From positions 3,360,001 to 3,424,000 of the forward strand of contig CAWAIF010000003.1 in the NCBI GenBank assembly GCA_963782055.1: a stretch of 64,000 nt of DNA, given 5' to 3'. The notes beneath the pieces were generated by a model. It ran no database searches and was not told the DNA's origin. It was given only the letters and a program-made list of their open reading frames with translations. Shown here one piece after another: positions 51,757 to 60,481 of this stretch. The DNA comes from an uncultured delta proteobacterium. GTDB taxonomy: Bacteria; Myxococcota_A; Polyangia; Polyangiales; Polyangiaceae. Both the position numbers and the translations under genes were made by a program. The stretch's first letter is position 1; each line of letters starts with the position of its first letter.

Positions 51757-52254
51757 TCACCCGTCCAGCATGCGGGCGAGGTCCCCGCTCACGTCCGCGC
51801 GCACCAGGTCCTCGTAGCCGCCCACCACCTGATCCCCGACGAAGACGACCGGGAGATCGTCCTCCTCGCAGCCCGCCTTGCGCGTGACGAAGGTCATCGT
51901 CGCCTCGTCGCCGGAGACATCCAGCTTGGTGAAGGCGAGGTCCTTGCTCTGCAGCAGCTCCTCCGTCCGCGCGACGAGGCGGGCGTTGCGCTGCCGGTCG
52001 AAGTACAGGGTGATGGGCGCGCGCGCCTTCTTCGCCTCGGGCGCCGGCGAGGACACCTTGCCGCCCCCGCGCAGCGACCCCAGCCGCTCCGTCGCGGCGC
52101 GCCGCCGGCCCAGCTCCTCCGCTGAGCAGAGCGGGGTGCCGAAGGTGACGTTCAGCCGGCGGGCGAGGTCCTTCGGGACGCGGACCGCGCCGATCTCGTC
52201 GCCACGGGGGCTGGTGATCACCGAGTGGAGTCCTGTACGGAGGCGGTCGAGCAT
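51757..52254 (-). CDS. Glutaredoxin-fold protein lacking CxxC
   Basis: ITLYF..., FTKLDV, LPVVFVGDQVVGGYEDL and GDLARML motifs. No Cys at the active-site position. Confidence 0.7.
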   Translation of the reverse strand: MLDRLRTGLHSVITSPRGDEIGAVRVPKDLARRLNVTFGTPLCSAEELGRRRAATERLGSLRGGGKVSSPAPEAKKARAPITLYFDRQRNARLVARTEELLQSKDLAFTKLDVSGDEATMTFVTRKAGCEEDDLPVVFVGDQVVGGYEDLVRADVSGDLARMLDG

Positions 52255-52307
52255 GGGCGATGGTTTGGCCTCACCGCCGCCGGCCGTCAACCCTTCTGAT
52301 GCGCGCT

Positions 52308-52370
52308 ACTTGGGCGGGGAGGGGCCCCGCCCAATTCACTTGGGCGGGGAGGGGCGGCGCGTGCCGCCCC
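52308..52370. repeat. Direct and inverted repeat cluster (18-bp direct repeat, alternative hairpins)
   Basis: ACTTGGGCGGGGAGGGGC at 52308 and 52338. CCCCGCCCAA (52325-52334) pairs with either copy. A separate GGGGCGGC/GCCGCCCC hairpin lies at 52351-52370. Confidence 0.6.
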
Positions 52371-52375
52371 TGGGA

Positions 52376-54904
52376 TCAGTGAACGGCCGCCGGGATGGTG
52401 AGGGTGAGCTCGGTGTGGGCGTCGACGTCCGCCTTCGTGAAGGGCATCAGCATGTGCTCGCCCTTGGCCCAGTGATCCTGCTGGTCGGAGAAGTGCTTGT
52501 CGTCAGGGTTTTCGCTGGTGCCCTGGGTGAAGTCCAGCGTGGCGCGCGGGGTGCCGTCGGGGTCGAAGCCGATCACCATCCGGTAGAGGGGGCCGTCGCC
52601 GGCGTAGAAGGCGTCGCGCACGGTGTCCTTGTCGAAGAAGGGCGCGCCGGCGACGTCGATGGTGTCCGGCCCGCCGCCCTTCGGTGTGGGCGCGACGTCG
52701 AGCCGGTTGCCGTACAGCGAGGAGAAGCGCGCCGCCTGCACGTCGCCCAGCTTGAAGGTCGTCGGGTCGAGAGAGCCGAACTTGCTCTGCAGCCACGTGG
52801 CGGCGTCGTCGAGGGACGCCATCAGCAGCGCGTGCACGCCGCCCTGCGGCAGGAGCTGGTCCGACCCGGCGAAGCGGCCGGTCACCACGTTGCGCAGCAG
52901 CGCGAGGAAGTAGGCGGCGGAGGCGTCGTTGATGGCCGCGTAGACGTTCGGCGTGGCGAGCTGCTCGAAGACGCGCTTGACCGCGAACCACTCCATCGCG
53001 AGAAACACCACCGGCTCCCCGCGGTCCTTGTCCATCACGTGGTCCCAGGCGCCGAGCGCGGCCGCGAGGCTCTTCAGGTCGTCGCGGCTGGCATAGGCGG
53101 CCAGGTCCGGCTCGGTGCCGATGGCGGCGACGGCGTCGGCCAGCGGCGGCAGCAGGGTATCCGCCAGCACGCTGTGCTCGTCGAGCTGCATCGTCTCCAT
53201 GTCCTGGCGCGTGATCTTGCTCGGGGACGCCGTCATCGCCGTCAGGTCGTCCTCGATGCGCTGCAGCCGGAAGCCGCTGGCGAAGAAGGAGCCGTAGTAG
53301 AAGGGGTCGTTGTCCACGTTGCCGTCGGCCGTGAAGCCCCACGGGTCGGTGTTGGCGGTGGCGAGGAAGCCCTTCGGTGGGTCGACGATGCGCGGCAGCG
53401 CCGCCTGACCGAGGTCCCCGCGCGTCCAGAGGGTCGCCGCGTCGCTGCCGGGCACCACGCGGTAGGGCATGGGGTGGGTGCCCGGCGTGCCGCGGTCGGG
53501 GATGGCGGCGTGCACGTCGTAGACGATGCTCTTCTGGTCGGCGGCGACGAAGTTGTTGGCGCCCACGTCCAGGAAGGTGTCGGCCGCCTCCACCCCCGCC
53601 ACGTCCTTCGCCCGGTCCAGCCCCAAGAACGCCGAGAACTCGCGCGTGGCGCGGAAGCCGGTCCAGTCGAAGAGGATCGCGTTGCCCTTGACGAGGAAGG
53701 AGTGCGGCACCGGGAGGATGCTGTCGGGCAGCAGCACGCCGTAGCCGGGCACGTCGTAGAGGTCGACCGTCTCGTCGTGGCCGGCGGCGACGGGGTAGCC
53801 GTCGTCGCGGACGCGGATGGTCTCGGTGCGCGTCACGACGTCGTGCGCGCCGTCGCCCAGCGTCACGTGCGCCATGTCGGGGTCCACCGTCACGTCCCAC
53901 AGGTCCATCACGTCGGCGAAGTTCGTCGTCGCCGTCCACCCCACGTGCGCGTTGTGCCCGATCTCCACCGTCGGCGTGCCGGTGAAGGCGAAGCCGATCA
54001 CGTCCAGCGTGCCGCCCCCGGCGGTCGAGCTCATGGCGAGCGGGTAGAGGCGCGTGGGCTCGGTGTACGCCTGGTGCGGATCACCGCAGACGTACGGCAT
54101 GCCGGTGTCGGTGAAGGCGCCGGAGACCGCCCAGTTGTTGGACGCGAAGTGGCGGGCCGGCCACGGCGGCGGCCGGAGCAGGCGCGCGACGTCCAGCGGG
54201 GCGCTGGGCGTGACGATCGGCGGCGCGGGCGGCGGCTTCGGCACCGGGGCGGGCTTGGTCTGGTCCACCATCGGGAAGGCGTCGTACGCGGGCTGCAGGA
54301 TGGGCACCTTCGCCACCATGTCCGGCGCCAGGTTGCCGAGGAGCGTGGCGAGGAGCTCGGCGTCGAGGGTGTTGGAGTTACCGAAGGCGAGCGCCTTGGC
54401 GATGGCGAACCCGTCCTGCGCCGTGAAGGGCGCCGGGACGTAGTTCAGCTCCCCCGGTCCGAGACCGTACGGGCGCAGGGCGGTCCCCGCCTCCACCTCG
54501 TGGATGCGCTTGTTGACGCCGTCCACCCACGCGTCGACCAGCTTCGCCTCGTCGGGGCTCTCCTGCTGGAGCCGCGCCCAGTCGGCGGCCCCCAGCCTGG
54601 CGAAGTCGAAGGTTCGCGACGCGATGTCGTCCTGGAGCTTGGAGGCGCCGAAGACCTCCGAGAGCGTCCCGTCCGCCTGCCGTCGCGCCAGGTCCATCTG
54701 GAAGAGGCGGTCGCGGGCCATCGTGTAGCCCGCGCCGAAGAAGGCGTCGGGATCGTTCTGCGCGTAGACGTGGGTGATCCCGAGGTCGTCGGTCACCAGG
54801 GTGATGGGCTGGGTCGGGTAGGGCGAGGTCCGGTCCGGCTCGCCCTGGAGCGAGCAGGCCACGACAAGCACCACGCACGAGCTCACCGCAAGAAAGCGCC
54901 TCAT
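52376..54904 (-). CDS. Penicillin acylase / AHL-acylase family Ntn-hydrolase lipoprotein
   Basis: DDLGITHVYA, DRLFQMD, SNNWAV (beta-chain Ser), GDPH and TANTDP motifs. Lipobox LVVAC. Confidence 0.9.
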   Translation of the reverse strand: MRRFLAVSSCVVLVVACSLQGEPDRTSPYPTQPITLVTDDLGITHVYAQNDPDAFFGAGYTMARDRLFQMDLARRQADGTLSEVFGASKLQDDIASRTFDFARLGAADWARLQQESPDEAKLVDAWVDGVNKRIHEVEAGTALRPYGLGPGELNYVPAPFTAQDGFAIAKALAFGNSNTLDAELLATLLGNLAPDMVAKVPILQPAYDAFPMVDQTKPAPVPKPPPAPPIVTPSAPLDVARLLRPPPWPARHFASNNWAVSGAFTDTGMPYVCGDPHQAYTEPTRLYPLAMSSTAGGGTLDVIGFAFTGTPTVEIGHNAHVGWTATTNFADVMDLWDVTVDPDMAHVTLGDGAHDVVTRTETIRVRDDGYPVAAGHDETVDLYDVPGYGVLLPDSILPVPHSFLVKGNAILFDWTGFRATREFSAFLGLDRAKDVAGVEAADTFLDVGANNFVAADQKSIVYDVHAAIPDRGTPGTHPMPYRVVPGSDAATLWTRGDLGQAALPRIVDPPKGFLATANTDPWGFTADGNVDNDPFYYGSFFASGFRLQRIEDDLTAMTASPSKITRQDMETMQLDEHSVLADTLLPPLADAVAAIGTEPDLAAYASRDDLKSLAAALGAWDHVMDKDRGEPVVFLAMEWFAVKRVFEQLATPNVYAAINDASAAYFLALLRNVVTGRFAGSDQLLPQGGVHALLMASLDDAATWLQSKFGSLDPTTFKLGDVQAARFSSLYGNRLDVAPTPKGGGPDTIDVAGAPFFDKDTVRDAFYAGDGPLYRMVIGFDPDGTPRATLDFTQGTSENPDDKHFSDQQDHWAKGEHMLMPFTKADVDAHTELTLTIPAAVH

Positions 54905-54920
54905 GCGGACATCCTACGCC

Positions 54921-55679
54921 TCAGTCTTCCGAGCGTCTAAGCCCCAGCCGCTTGCGGAGCTCGCGCGCCGCCTGCCGCGACACCTCCACCGCGTGCCCGC
55001 GCGTCGTGCGCGCCACGTACCCGCCCGTCTCCAGCGGCTCGAGCCGCGTCACGTGCGCCAGGTTGAGCAGCGCGCGCCGGTGCACGCGCGAGAGGCGCGG
55101 CAGCTTCGCCTCCAGCTCGCCCAGGGAGAAGTCGGTGACGTACTCGGCGTCGGTGGTGACCACGCTGACCAGCGCGCCGTCGAGCACCGCGTGCGTCACG
55201 CGCTCCGGGTCCACCAGCACGATCCCTTGCCGCGTCGCGATGGCCAGGCGTTCGGGCGGGGCGGGCCGCGTCTCTGCGCGACCCGCCGCCGGTCGGGCGG
55301 CCTCCACGCGCTCGCGCGCCCGCGCCACCGCCTTCTTCAGCCGCCCTAGCTCGATGGGCTTGAGCAGGTAGTCGACCGCTCCGCCGTCGAAGGCGGACAC
55401 CGCGTGGTCGGCGTGCGCGGTGCAGAAGACCACCGCCGGACCGCCCTGCATCATGGCGAGCGCGTCGATGCCGGAGAGGCCGGGCATGTGGATGTCCAGC
55501 AGCGCCACGTCCACGCCCCCCGCGCGCACGCGCTCCAGCGTCTCCTCCGTGTTGGTGCACTGCGCCACAATCTCCACGCCCTCCACCTCGGTGAGGAGGC
55601 GCGCCAGACGCTTGCGCGCCAGCAGCTCGTCGTCGGCGAAGAGCACGCGCAGCGGGCGGGCGGGAGGCGGCGTGCTCAT
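54921..55679 (-). CDS. LytTR family response regulator
   Basis: ADDELLAR, LDIHMPG, DYLLKP, RVHRRALLN and VSR motifs. Confidence 0.9.
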   Translation of the reverse strand: MSTPPPARPLRVLFADDELLARKRLARLLTEVEGVEIVAQCTNTEETLERVRAGGVDVALLDIHMPGLSGIDALAMMQGGPAVVFCTAHADHAVSAFDGGAVDYLLKPIELGRLKKAVARARERVEAARPAAGRAETRPAPPERLAIATRQGIVLVDPERVTHAVLDGALVSVVTTDAEYVTDFSLGELEAKLPRLSRVHRRALLNLAHVTRLEPLETGGYVARTTRGHAVEVSRQAARELRKRLGLRRSED

Positions 55680-56737
55680 GCGGCCAGCCGCGGCCCCCGC
55701 GCGGGCAGATCGATCTCCGCGCGCGTCGTGTCCCCGTGCTGCGCGACGCGCACCGCCGCGCCGCCCTCGTAGGCGAGCGCCAGCCGCTTCTCCACCGTGG
55801 GCAGGCCGTGGCTGCCGGCGCGCGGCCCGGCGTAGGCGCCCGGGTTCTCTACCGTCACCCGCACCGCGTCGCGCCCGCGCTTCGCGCTCACCGCGATGGT
55901 CCCGCGGTGACCCTTCGCCGGCCCGTGCTTCACCGCGTTCTCCACCAGCGGGAAGAGCAGCATGGGGGGCACCTCCACCTGCAGCGCGGCGGCGTCCACC
56001 TCCCAGGAGAGGACGAAGAGCTCCGGATCGCGCAGCTGATGGAGCGACAGCAGCGTCCGGCACAGCGCGAGCTCGCGCTCCAGCGGCCAGGAGGTCTGCT
56101 TGACGCCGCCCAGCACCCCCCGCAGCAGCGCGGAGAGCTCCAGCACCGCCTTCTCCGCCGTCTCGCCGTCCTCCCGGCACCACTCGGCGATGGCGTTGAG
56201 GGCGTTGAAGAGGAAGTGCGGGTCCAGGTGCGCCTTGAGCGCGAGGAGCTGCGCCTGCTCCGCCTCGAAGGCGAGCCGCTCGGCGCGGCGTCTGGCGCGC
56301 GCCAGGCTCGCTTCCATCCCGATGTCGCGCCCCAGGCCCCACCCGCCGACGAGGAAGAGCGCCACGTCGATGATCAGGCTGGTGCGCGCGGTGAGGAACG
56401 TCTGCGTGATCCCGAAGACGAGGCGCGGCACGTACACCCCCACCGTGAGCACCGCGCCGGCGCCGATGCCCACGTAGAGCAGGAGCCGCACCGCGCCGTG
56501 GCTGAGGTCCAGGCCCTCCGGGAACAGGACCCGGTAGGAGACCGGCGCGACGAGCACGAAGGTGGTGCACAGCGCCAGGCCCACCCACACCGCCTCCGGG
56601 TTCCGGCTGTAGCTCCGCTGCGCGAAGAGCAGGGGAATGGTGACGCACAGGATGGGCAGCGCCCGCTTCGGCGCGAGCAGCGCGAGCAGCGTGCGGCGCA
56701 CGATGGAGCCCTCCGGGGGCGCGAGGAGGCCGGTCAC
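55676..56737 (-). CDS. LytS/YehU-type sensor histidine kinase
   Basis: Several TM helices, LDPHFLFNALN, PLVENAVKHG and GSHGL motifs. GTG start is inferred. Confidence 0.85.
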   Translation of the reverse strand: MTGLLAPPEGSIVRRTLLALLAPKRALPILCVTIPLLFAQRSYSRNPEAVWVGLALCTTFVLVAPVSYRVLFPEGLDLSHGAVRLLLYVGIGAGAVLTVGVYVPRLVFGITQTFLTARTSLIIDVALFLVGGWGLGRDIGMEASLARARRRAERLAFEAEQAQLLALKAHLDPHFLFNALNAIAEWCREDGETAEKAVLELSALLRGVLGGVKQTSWPLERELALCRTLLSLHQLRDPELFVLSWEVDAAALQVEVPPMLLFPLVENAVKHGPAKGHRGTIAVSAKRGRDAVRVTVENPGAYAGPRAGSHGLPTVEKRLALAYEGGAAVRVAQHGDTTRAEIDLPARGPRLAA

Positions 56738-56920
56738 GAGGGGATCATACGGCGGCGAGGCGCGTTTCGCCCCGCGGACGGCGTGAGCGGTCGGCCGGCG
56801 CCTTCCAGCGGTCGCGGCGGAAGGGCGCGAGGCCGCTCGGTGTGCTTCGTGAGGCGAAACTACCCGTCGCCGCCTTGAGCGCCCCACCACCCGGCGACGA
56901 ACGCTCGCATCCAAACCGGC

Positions 56921-57712
56921 GTGCGATACGTCGGAGCCCGCGCATCCATTGCGACTCGCGCTCTCGCGAGCCTCGCCGCGCTCGCCGCGCTGCTCGTGGC
57001 GTCGCGGGCGCGCGGGGGCCCCCCCTACGTCACCGACAATCCCGAGCCCGTGCCCTACCGGCACTGGGAGCTGTACCTCGCCTCGCAGGGGTCTCACGAC
57101 AGGGACGGCTGGAGCGGAACGGGCCCGCACGTCGAGGTCAACTACGGCCCGGTGCCGAACCTGCAGCTCCACCTCATCACGCCCCTCGCGTACGCCGCGC
57201 CAGACGGCGCGCCGAGCACGTACGGCTACGGCGACACCGAGCTGGGCTTCAAGCTCCGCTTCGTCCAGGAGCGGAAGTGGTTGCCGATGATCGGCATCTT
57301 CCCGCTGCTCGAGGTCCCGACCGGCAGCGTGGCGGACGGCCTGGGCAACGGGAGCACGCAGGTCTTCGTCCCGGTGTGGCTCCAGAAGTCCTTCGGCAAG
57401 TGGCAGACGTACGGCGGCGTCGGCGTGTGGATCGACCTCGGAGACCGCGATCGCCACTGGTGGCTGTTCGGCTGGCAGGTGCAGCGCCAGATCACCTCGT
57501 GGCTCACCCTCGGCGCGGAGGTCTTCCACCAGACGCCGGACCACCCCGGCGGGGAGGGGGACACCCGCTTCGACATCGGCGGACAGATCGACTTCAGCGA
57601 CGTCCACCACCTGCTCTTCTCCGCGGGCCGGGGCTTCGGCGGGCCGAACCTGTTCCAGTACTACGTCGCCTATCAGGCCACCTTCGGCCCGCGGGAGGTG
57701 CCCCGCCCATGA
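56921..57712 (+). CDS. Outer-membrane beta-barrel channel (MetA-pathway/phenol-degradation 'transporter' family-like)
   Basis: Signal peptide, GPPYVTDNPEP and GYGDTELGFK motifs, amphipathic aromatic beta-strands. Confidence 0.75.
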   Translation: MRYVGARASIATRALASLAALAALLVASRARGGPPYVTDNPEPVPYRHWELYLASQGSHDRDGWSGTGPHVEVNYGPVPNLQLHLITPLAYAAPDGAPSTYGYGDTELGFKLRFVQERKWLPMIGIFPLLEVPTGSVADGLGNGSTQVFVPVWLQKSFGKWQTYGGVGVWIDLGDRDRHWWLFGWQVQRQITSWLTLGAEVFHQTPDHPGGEGDTRFDIGGQIDFSDVHHLLFSAGRGFGGPNLFQYYVAYQATFGPREVPRP

Positions 57713-57771
57713 GCGCTCCCGCGCGCCCGGTCCGTCAGGCGGCGGCGGGTCTCGCGCGTCGGATCCTGGGT

Positions 57772-59262
57772 CTACCCGGCGGGCAAGCCGTGGTAGTAAG
57801 GCGAAGCTTCTCCGGGCTGATAGCTCAGTTGGTAGAGCTGCGGACTTTTAATCCGTAGGTCGCGGGTTCGAGTCCCGCTCGGCCCACCACGGGAAACCCG
57901 CCCCGGAGTCGTCGCGGAGGCCAGGGCGGAAGAGGGCGGAGCGCCCCCCATTGGCACGCCCATTGGCACGGGCCTCCGGCCCCCGGTGCCGCCCTTCGGG
58001 TGAAGTTCGGGGATCGCTTCGTCCAGCGGAGCGAACCATCCGAGGCCGAGCTCCGCGGCGGTCCGGCTCGCGCGCTTGTAGCGGTAGATCATCACCGACG
58101 ACTTGTGCCCGGTGCGGTCGGTCACCCACGCTTCCGTGCGCCCGCTGGCGAGGGCGAGGGTCACGAACGAGCCGCGCAGGTCGTGGGCACGAAGGAGCAG
58201 GCGCCCGGCCTTCGGCTTCGTGAGCTCCGGCCGGTCGACGCCGGCCAGGGCGAGCCCTTCGCGTAGGTGGTGCGCGTAGTCCCCACGATCGCCCAGGAGC
58301 GCCTTGGGGAAGATGGCTGGCACCTTCGTAGCCTTCGCCCCGCGGAGCTTCTTCCAGGCGCCCAGGGCGCGCACCACGTCCTCGCCCAGCGCCCACGAGC
58401 GCGGGTCCTCGGTCTTGTTGGTGTCGAGCCGCACGACGCCGCGCACAAGGTCCACGTCCGCCCACGTCAGGCCGAGAGCTTCGCCGGTGCGCATGCCCTC
58501 CCTGGCCAGGAAGCCGAAGAAGAGGCGGCGGGCTAGAGGCACCTCGCGGCACTGCATGAGGGCGAGGTCCTCGCTCGGGTAGACGTAGGACTTCGCCGCG
58601 TCGCTCCGGTTCTTCGGGAGCCAGCCTTGGGGGATCGGGATGTCCTGCCGGAGCCGAAGCGGGTAGCGCCCGTACACCAGCAGCTTGCGGATCGCCTGCG
58701 CGTACTGGCGCCGCGCCGCCGCCGTGCGCGTCGTCTCGGGCAGGTGTCCCATGAGGTGATCGCAGTCGTCCAGGGTGACGCTGGCCACCGGGCGCGCGCC
58801 GAAGGTGGTCCCGTCCGGCATGCGCACCTTGTTCAGCCAGGCGAAGATCCGCGCATCGTCCTTGCTGCTCTTCTTCACGCGCACGTGGTCCGGGTAGGAC
58901 TTCGCGAGCTCGCCGGAGCTCCACGCGGCGGCGAGCTCCTCCACGGTCATCCCGTCCTTGCGGAGCCCGCCGGCGCCGGAGAGCCCGGGCGCCTTGCCGG
59001 CGAGGATCACGGCGGCCGCCTTCCGGATGGCGGCGAAGCCCTCCGCGTCGGCGGCCGCCGCTTCCTGGATCAGCCTCGGGAGCACCCCCGTGTGGCCCGC
59101 GTCCCGGAGGCGGTCGACGAGTGCGCCGATCGCGTCCTTCCGCTTGAGGGCCTCCGCCTCCGTCTTGCACGACGTCAGGAGGGCGCCCTTGCGCTGCTTC
59201 CCGGAGCCGATGACGTACCGGACGAAGTACCCGCCGGGCGTGGTGGTGAGGGTGCCGGACAT
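57772..59262 (-). CDS. int: Tyrosine recombinase/integrase whose ORF reads antisense through tRNA-Lys
   Basis: Catalytic set GMRTGE (R), TNKT (K), HDLR, GHKS and IYRY. No stop until 57772. Confidence 0.9.
   Translation of the reverse strand: MSGTLTTTPGGYFVRYVIGSGKQRKGALLTSCKTEAEALKRKDAIGALVDRLRDAGHTGVLPRLIQEAAAADAEGFAAIRKAAAVILAGKAPGLSGAGGLRKDGMTVEELAAAWSSGELAKSYPDHVRVKKSSKDDARIFAWLNKVRMPDGTTFGARPVASVTLDDCDHLMGHLPETTRTAAARRQYAQAIRKLLVYGRYPLRLRQDIPIPQGWLPKNRSDAAKSYVYPSEDLALMQCREVPLARRLFFGFLAREGMRTGEALGLTWADVDLVRGVVRLDTNKTEDPRSWALGEDVVRALGAWKKLRGAKATKVPAIFPKALLGDRGDYAHHLREGLALAGVDRPELTKPKAGRLLLRAHDLRGSFVTLALASGRTEAWVTDRTGHKSSVMIYRYKRASRTAAELGLGWFAPLDEAIPELHPKGGTGGRRPVPMGVPMGGAPPSSALASATTPGRVSRGGPSGTRTRDLRIKSPQLYQLSYQPGEASPYYHGLPAG
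57814..57889 (+). tRNA. tRNA-Lys (anticodon UUU)
   Basis: 76-nt cloverleaf: GGGCTGA/TCGGCCC acceptor stem, D-arm GCTC..GAGC, anticodon loop CTTTTAA, TTCGAGT T-loop, encoded CCA. Confidence 0.97.
57947..57970. repeat. Tandem 12-bp direct repeat, candidate integrase arm-type sites
   Basis: CCCATTGGCACG x2, about 60 bp from the tRNA 3' end. Confidence 0.6.
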
Positions 59263-59297
59263 GCCGAAAGACTACTCCGCCTCGGCCTCGCGGGCGT

Positions 59298-59783
59298 TCA
59301 CTTGCGGACCCGGCGCTTGGCGGGCTTCGCCGTGGGCTCCACGGCGATAGAGAGGGACGCGACGGCGTTGCGGACGAGCATCCGAAGCACCGCGCTCGTC
59401 GGCATCTCGTAGTGACGCGCGAGCGCCTCCAAGCGCGCCACGTCCACGTCACCCACACGCATCCGCACCACCTGCCCCTTGGTCTCCAATTCGGTCTGCA
59501 TCGGCTTCACCCTGATCCTTCCTGACGGGTCCGCTTCGATTGTAGCCACAACGGGGCGACTGTCAACGGCCGAGCCCATGAGTGCCGCCACGTCCACACC
59601 CAACACCGCGGCGACCCTGGCCAGCCATTCCACGGTGGGCGTGGCCTCGGCCCTCGTCACCCGGTAGATCTGCGCGCTGCCCACGTCGGCCGCCACGGAC
59701 AGTTGGTAGAGGGACAGCCCCCGCTCGGCCGCAACGGCCTTGATGTTCGCTGCGATGCGTCGGCGGAGCTCCCGGTCGGTCAT
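59298..59783 (-). CDS. XRE-HTH regulator in frame with a C-terminal ribbon-helix-helix-like domain (internal start at 59501)
   Basis: RGLSLYQLS..VGSAQIYRV..PTVEWLARVAAVLGV (XRE), then MQTELETKGQVVRMRV..LEALARHYEMPTSAVLRMLV (RHH/CopG-like). Confidence 0.75.
   Translation of the reverse strand: MTDRELRRRIAANIKAVAAERGLSLYQLSVAADVGSAQIYRVTRAEATPTVEWLARVAAVLGVDVAALMGSAVDSRPVVATIEADPSGRIRVKPMQTELETKGQVVRMRVGDVDVARLEALARHYEMPTSAVLRMLVRNAVASLSIAVEPTAKPAKRRVRK
59539..59566 (-). promoter_or_regulatory. sigma70 promoter inside the XRE ORF, overlapped by a TGTAGCCACA operator
   Basis: Minus strand TTGACA-16 nt-TACAAT. Operator at 59541-59550 overlaps the -10. Confidence 0.7.
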
Positions 59784-59805
59784 CCCCCGATGGTACCGGG
59801 GAGGC

Positions 59806-59848
59806 TTGCGTTTCTCTCGATCGCCTCTTACGATCGCGTGTAGCTACA
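59806..59848 (+). promoter_or_regulatory. sigma70 promoter with a TGTAGCTACA palindrome at about +1
   Basis: TTGCGT(59806)-17 nt-TACGAT(59829-59834), perfect palindrome at 59839-59848, AAGGAG RBS before 59909. Confidence 0.65.
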
Positions 59849-59908
59849 GAAACGAAACGGCCCGGCGAGGCGCAAACCTCCCGGGCCAGGCCACCAAGGA
59901 GATTACCC

Positions 59909-60241
59909 ATGGCGACGACAAGCAATGTGGACGTAGTGCGAGCGCTCGGCAAGCTGGACGACGCGATCATCGACGGCAAGCGGCTCCTGCGGGCCGAACG
60001 CATCGGGCAGCTACGAGCCCTCGCGTACGAGGCGGTGGGCATGGCTCGCCACGACACGCGCACCGGCGAGGGCGTAGGCCCCGACGATGCGGACGTGGTG
60101 TTTTTGATGTACGGCCCCGAAGGGCTGGACATGGTGGAGCGCGACGTGTTCATCAGGCACGCCAGGGCGGCGCTGGCGCCCCCGGTGCCCCTGTCCCCCT
60201 GCGACGTGGCCCGCGTCGCCCTGCGCCGGGTGCCGCGATGA
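59909..60241 (+). CDS. Hypothetical element protein
   Basis: Strong AAGGAG RBS. ATGA overlap with the next gene. Confidence 0.7.
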   Translation: MATTSNVDVVRALGKLDDAIIDGKRLLRAERIGQLRALAYEAVGMARHDTRTGEGVGPDDADVVFLMYGPEGLDMVERDVFIRHARAALAPPVPLSPCDVARVALRRVPR

Positions 60242-60474
60242 TCGGCTACGAGGCGGCGGGCTCGGTCTGCGGATCATGTGGCCACCACCACCGGACGATC
60301 GCCACGGCGTACGCCTGCGCGGACGCGCACGGGCGGGCCATCGGGCGCGCCTACCCGAGCACGTTCCCCACGCGGGCGTACAGCGATCGGGTCGTCTGCC
60401 GTCTAGACGGCGAGCCGCTGTCGGAAGCGGAGCAGGACGAGCTTGTGCAGGCGGCCGAAGCCGCGGACGAGTAG
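60238..60474 (+). CDS. Small Cys/His Zn-binding-like hypothetical protein
   Basis: MIGYEAAGSVCGSCGHHHRTIATAYAC...AYSDR. Confidence 0.65.
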   Translation: MIGYEAAGSVCGSCGHHHRTIATAYACADAHGRAIGRAYPSTFPTRAYSDRVVCRLDGEPLSEAEQDELVQAAEAADE

Positions 60475-60481
60475 CACCGCA

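Noticed and set aside
57951..57968. TTGGCACG as a sigma54 promoter
   Set aside because: The -12 position reads TTGG rather than TTGC. It is better explained as a tandem repeat near the att site.
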